In this document: positions 59,792 through 61,770 of the stretch, in pieces | How the letters are laid out: each line of letters opens with the position of its first letter | How positions within the stretch are numbered: position 1 is the stretch's first letter | DNA from: an uncultured Methanosarcinales archaeon | GTDB taxonomy: Archaea > Nanobdellota > Nanobdellia > Woesearchaeales > CAZOXR01 | NCBI GenBank assembly: GCA_964566535.1 | Contig: CAZMIO010000006.1 | Location: 1 to 61,770 of the forward strand | Length of the DNA: 61,770 bases | Direction: 5' to 3' | Notes under the pieces: model-generated | The model's input: the letters and a program-made list of their open reading frames with translations, nothing else | Databases searched by the model: none | What the model was told of the DNA's origin: nothing | Translations under genes and position numbers: made by a program

Positions 59792-60175
59792 GGTTTTAGA
59801 TATGTCTGAATTCCACCAATAATTATTGTGTTTTAGAGTGGAATTCTGAGCATTTTCAAAAACAATCTCATATATTTACGGCGTGGTTGTTTTTGACAAT
59901 GTTAAATTTTTAAGGTTTGTAAGGTATATATACTTAACAAATATATAAAGATTTGCTTTTTTTCTTAAATTTGTTAAGAAAAACGTGATAAAATTTTATA
60001 TAGCTGTTGATGATTAATAGTTTTATATGTCGGGATACCACCATTCTTGAGAATGGTGGTTTACTACGTAAACCACAAATATATTGGGTGGTATTCTGAG
60101 CATGCTCAAAAACCACTTTATATGTTAGTGGCATGTGAGCATGCCACCCTGCTTTAGCATGGTGGTTTTTGACAA
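59790..60175. promoter_or_regulatory. Divergent lrp/amt control region with a nested array of palindromes and a TATA box at 60117-60123
   Basis: Alternating CCAC/GTGG motifs; perfect palindromes at 60037-60060, 60056-60076, 60097-60108 and 60128-60147; related copy at 59838-59865. Confidence 0.75.
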
Positions 60176-60194
60176 AATTATGGGGTTGTAAAAT

Positions 60195-61535
60195 ATGATA
60201 AAAAAAATAACAAGCTTAAGTTTGATTGGTGTTATCTTAATAATTATTTTTTCTACGTCTGTTTTTGCAGAAGCAACAGCAGAGAGTAATGCGGTAGCAA
60301 TTAATACTATGTGGACGTTGATTGCAGCATTCTTAGTTTTCTTTATGCAGGCAGGATTTGCAATGGTTGAATGTGGTTTTACCAGGGCAAAGAATGCTGG
60401 TAATATTATTATGAAGAACTTGATTGATTTTGCGGCAGGTTCACTTGGTTACTGGGCTATTGGATTTGGCATAATGTTTGGAGCAGGTACTGCTTATTTT
60501 GGAACTTCTGGATTTTTTCTTTCAGCTGGTAATCCACTTACTCCAGATGGATTATGGCAATATGCCTTTTGGATGTTTCAAGTAGTATTTGCTGCAACTG
60601 CTGCTACTATTGTTAGTGGAGCTATGGCTGAGCGAACAAAGTTTTCAGGTTATATAATATATTCTTTTATTTTATCAGCTATTATTTATCCTGTTGTAGG
60701 GCACTGGATATGGGGAGGAGGTTGGTTATCAACTTTAGAGGTTCCTATGATAGATTTTGCAGGTTCAACAGTTGTTCATTCAGTTGGTGGATGGGCCGCA
60801 CTTGCTGGAGCTATAGTTTTGGGTCCAAGAATTGGCAAATATATCAATGGGAAGGCTCAGGCGATAAAAGGACATTCTTTGACACTTGCTGCATTAGGAG
60901 TTTTTATACTATGGTTTGGATGGTTTGGTTTTAATGCAGGTTCGACCACTTCAGGTACTAACCTTTCGATTGCAACAATTGCAGTTACAACAAATTTAGC
61001 TGCTGCAGCTGGTGCTATGGTTGCGATGTTTTTATCGTGGATGAAGTATGGTAAATCCGATATTGGGATGAGTTTAAATGGGGCTTTAGCAGGGCTTGTT
61101 TCAATTACTGCTGGTACTGCAAATGTTAGTCCAACAAGTGCTGTTATAATTGGAGGACTTGGTGGGATTATAGTAATTTATGCTGTAGAATTTATTGATA
61201 AGATCTTAAAGGTTGACGATCCAGTTGGAGCGGTTGCTGTTCATGGTGTATGCGGGGCATGGGGTACCCTTGCTGTTGGATTGTTTGCTCAAAGTGCGTT
61301 TGGCGGAGTTGATGGATTGTTTTTTGGCGGAGGATTTGGCCAGTTAATAAGCCAGATAATTGGGGTTGTATGGGTATTTATATGGGTATTTGGGACAGCT
61401 ATGATTATGTTTAAAACGATTGATATGGTGATGGGATTAAGAGCTAGTAGAGAAGACGAACTAAAGGGAATGGATTTGTCGGAACATGGGGCAGAGGCGT
61501 ATGCTGACTTTCCGATTAGTGCTTCGACAAACTAA
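60195..61535 (+). CDS. amt: Ammonium transporter (Amt family)
   Basis: FFMQAGF, FQ..FAAT...IVSGAMAER, DFAGSTVVH, LWFGWFGFNAGS, NGALAGLV.IT, DDPVGAVAVHG. Confidence 0.98.
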   Translation: MIKKITSLSLIGVILIIIFSTSVFAEATAESNAVAINTMWTLIAAFLVFFMQAGFAMVECGFTRAKNAGNIIMKNLIDFAAGSLGYWAIGFGIMFGAGTAYFGTSGFFLSAGNPLTPDGLWQYAFWMFQVVFAATAATIVSGAMAERTKFSGYIIYSFILSAIIYPVVGHWIWGGGWLSTLEVPMIDFAGSTVVHSVGGWAALAGAIVLGPRIGKYINGKAQAIKGHSLTLAALGVFILWFGWFGFNAGSTTSGTNLSIATIAVTTNLAAAAGAMVAMFLSWMKYGKSDIGMSLNGALAGLVSITAGTANVSPTSAVIIGGLGGIIVIYAVEFIDKILKVDDPVGAVAVHGVCGAWGTLAVGLFAQSAFGGVDGLFFGGGFGQLISQIIGVVWVFIWVFGTAMIMFKTIDMVMGLRASREDELKGMDLSEHGAEAYADFPISASTN

Positions 61536-61580
61536 TGAATGTTTAGTAAGGGTGATTGTATAATAGAAAGGTGATATACT

Positions 61581-61770
61581 ATGAAAATACTAATAGCAGT
61601 TGTAAGGCCTGAGAAGTTACCAGATGTAAAACAGGCCCTTTTGAAAGACGATGTACACATGATGACAATTGTAGATGTGAGGGGATGTGGACAGCAGAAA
61701 GGGTTTGTTGAGGAGTACAGAGGAATAGTAGAAGAGGTTCAACTGCATCGTAAGGTTATGCTTTTTATTG
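61581..61770 (+). CDS. glnK: P-II nitrogen regulatory protein, truncated by the window end
   Basis: Manual translation MKILIAVVRPEKLPDVKQAL...MTIVDVRGCGQQKG..EEYRG......RK; GGTGA SD; follows amt. Confidence 0.93.
   Translation, partial: MKILIAVVRPEKLPDVKQALLKDDVHMMTIVDVRGCGQQKGFVEEYRGIVEEVQLHRKVMLFI

Noticed and set aside
59934..60134. 66-aa minus-strand ORF
   Set aside because: Runs through the palindromic control region; no protein-like features
1..61770. tRNA, rRNA, transposase or integrase genes
   Set aside because: No GC-rich structured RNA segment or recombinase/transposase motif seen by eye; a tRNAscan/Infernal run would be needed to be certain

Overview
AT-rich archaeal chromosome segment, most consistent with a DPANN archaeon (Woesearchaeota-like). 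This is inferred from TATA/BRE promoters with many leaderless starts, class III (prepilin-type) signal peptides, DUF2080/DUF483/DUF2283-like proteins and many giant surface proteins. Left to right it contains: (i) an operon of at least 14 kb on the minus strand encoding large exported proteins, headed by an unannotated 53-aa ribbon-helix-helix gene with repeated palindromic operators; (ii) metG preceded by an HTH3-LAGLIDADG endonuclease gene; (iii) a mixed block of housekeeping genes and ORFans (PLP enzyme, MNT, Ski2-like helicase, methyltransferase, CysH-like, flavin reductase); (iv) a 16 kb cluster of Ig-repeat surface proteins; (v) NTase-HEPN, DUF483, a TSP3-repeat protein and a TIM-barrel protein; (vi) lrp divergent from amt-glnK. 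Best finding: the LAGLIDADG element appears to have inserted INTO metG just before the HIGH motif. The original promoter and first ~20 codons (KKFYITTAIAYPN) are stranded at 20134-20190, and the element supplies a synonymously recoded replacement 5' end coupled to its own stop codon. This looks like intron-less, intein-less homing by 5'-end replacement. A second 5'-end duplication flanks an ORFan at 22783/23776. I saw no rRNA, tRNA or CRISPR array. All family assignments come from motif recognition by eye, not database searches.
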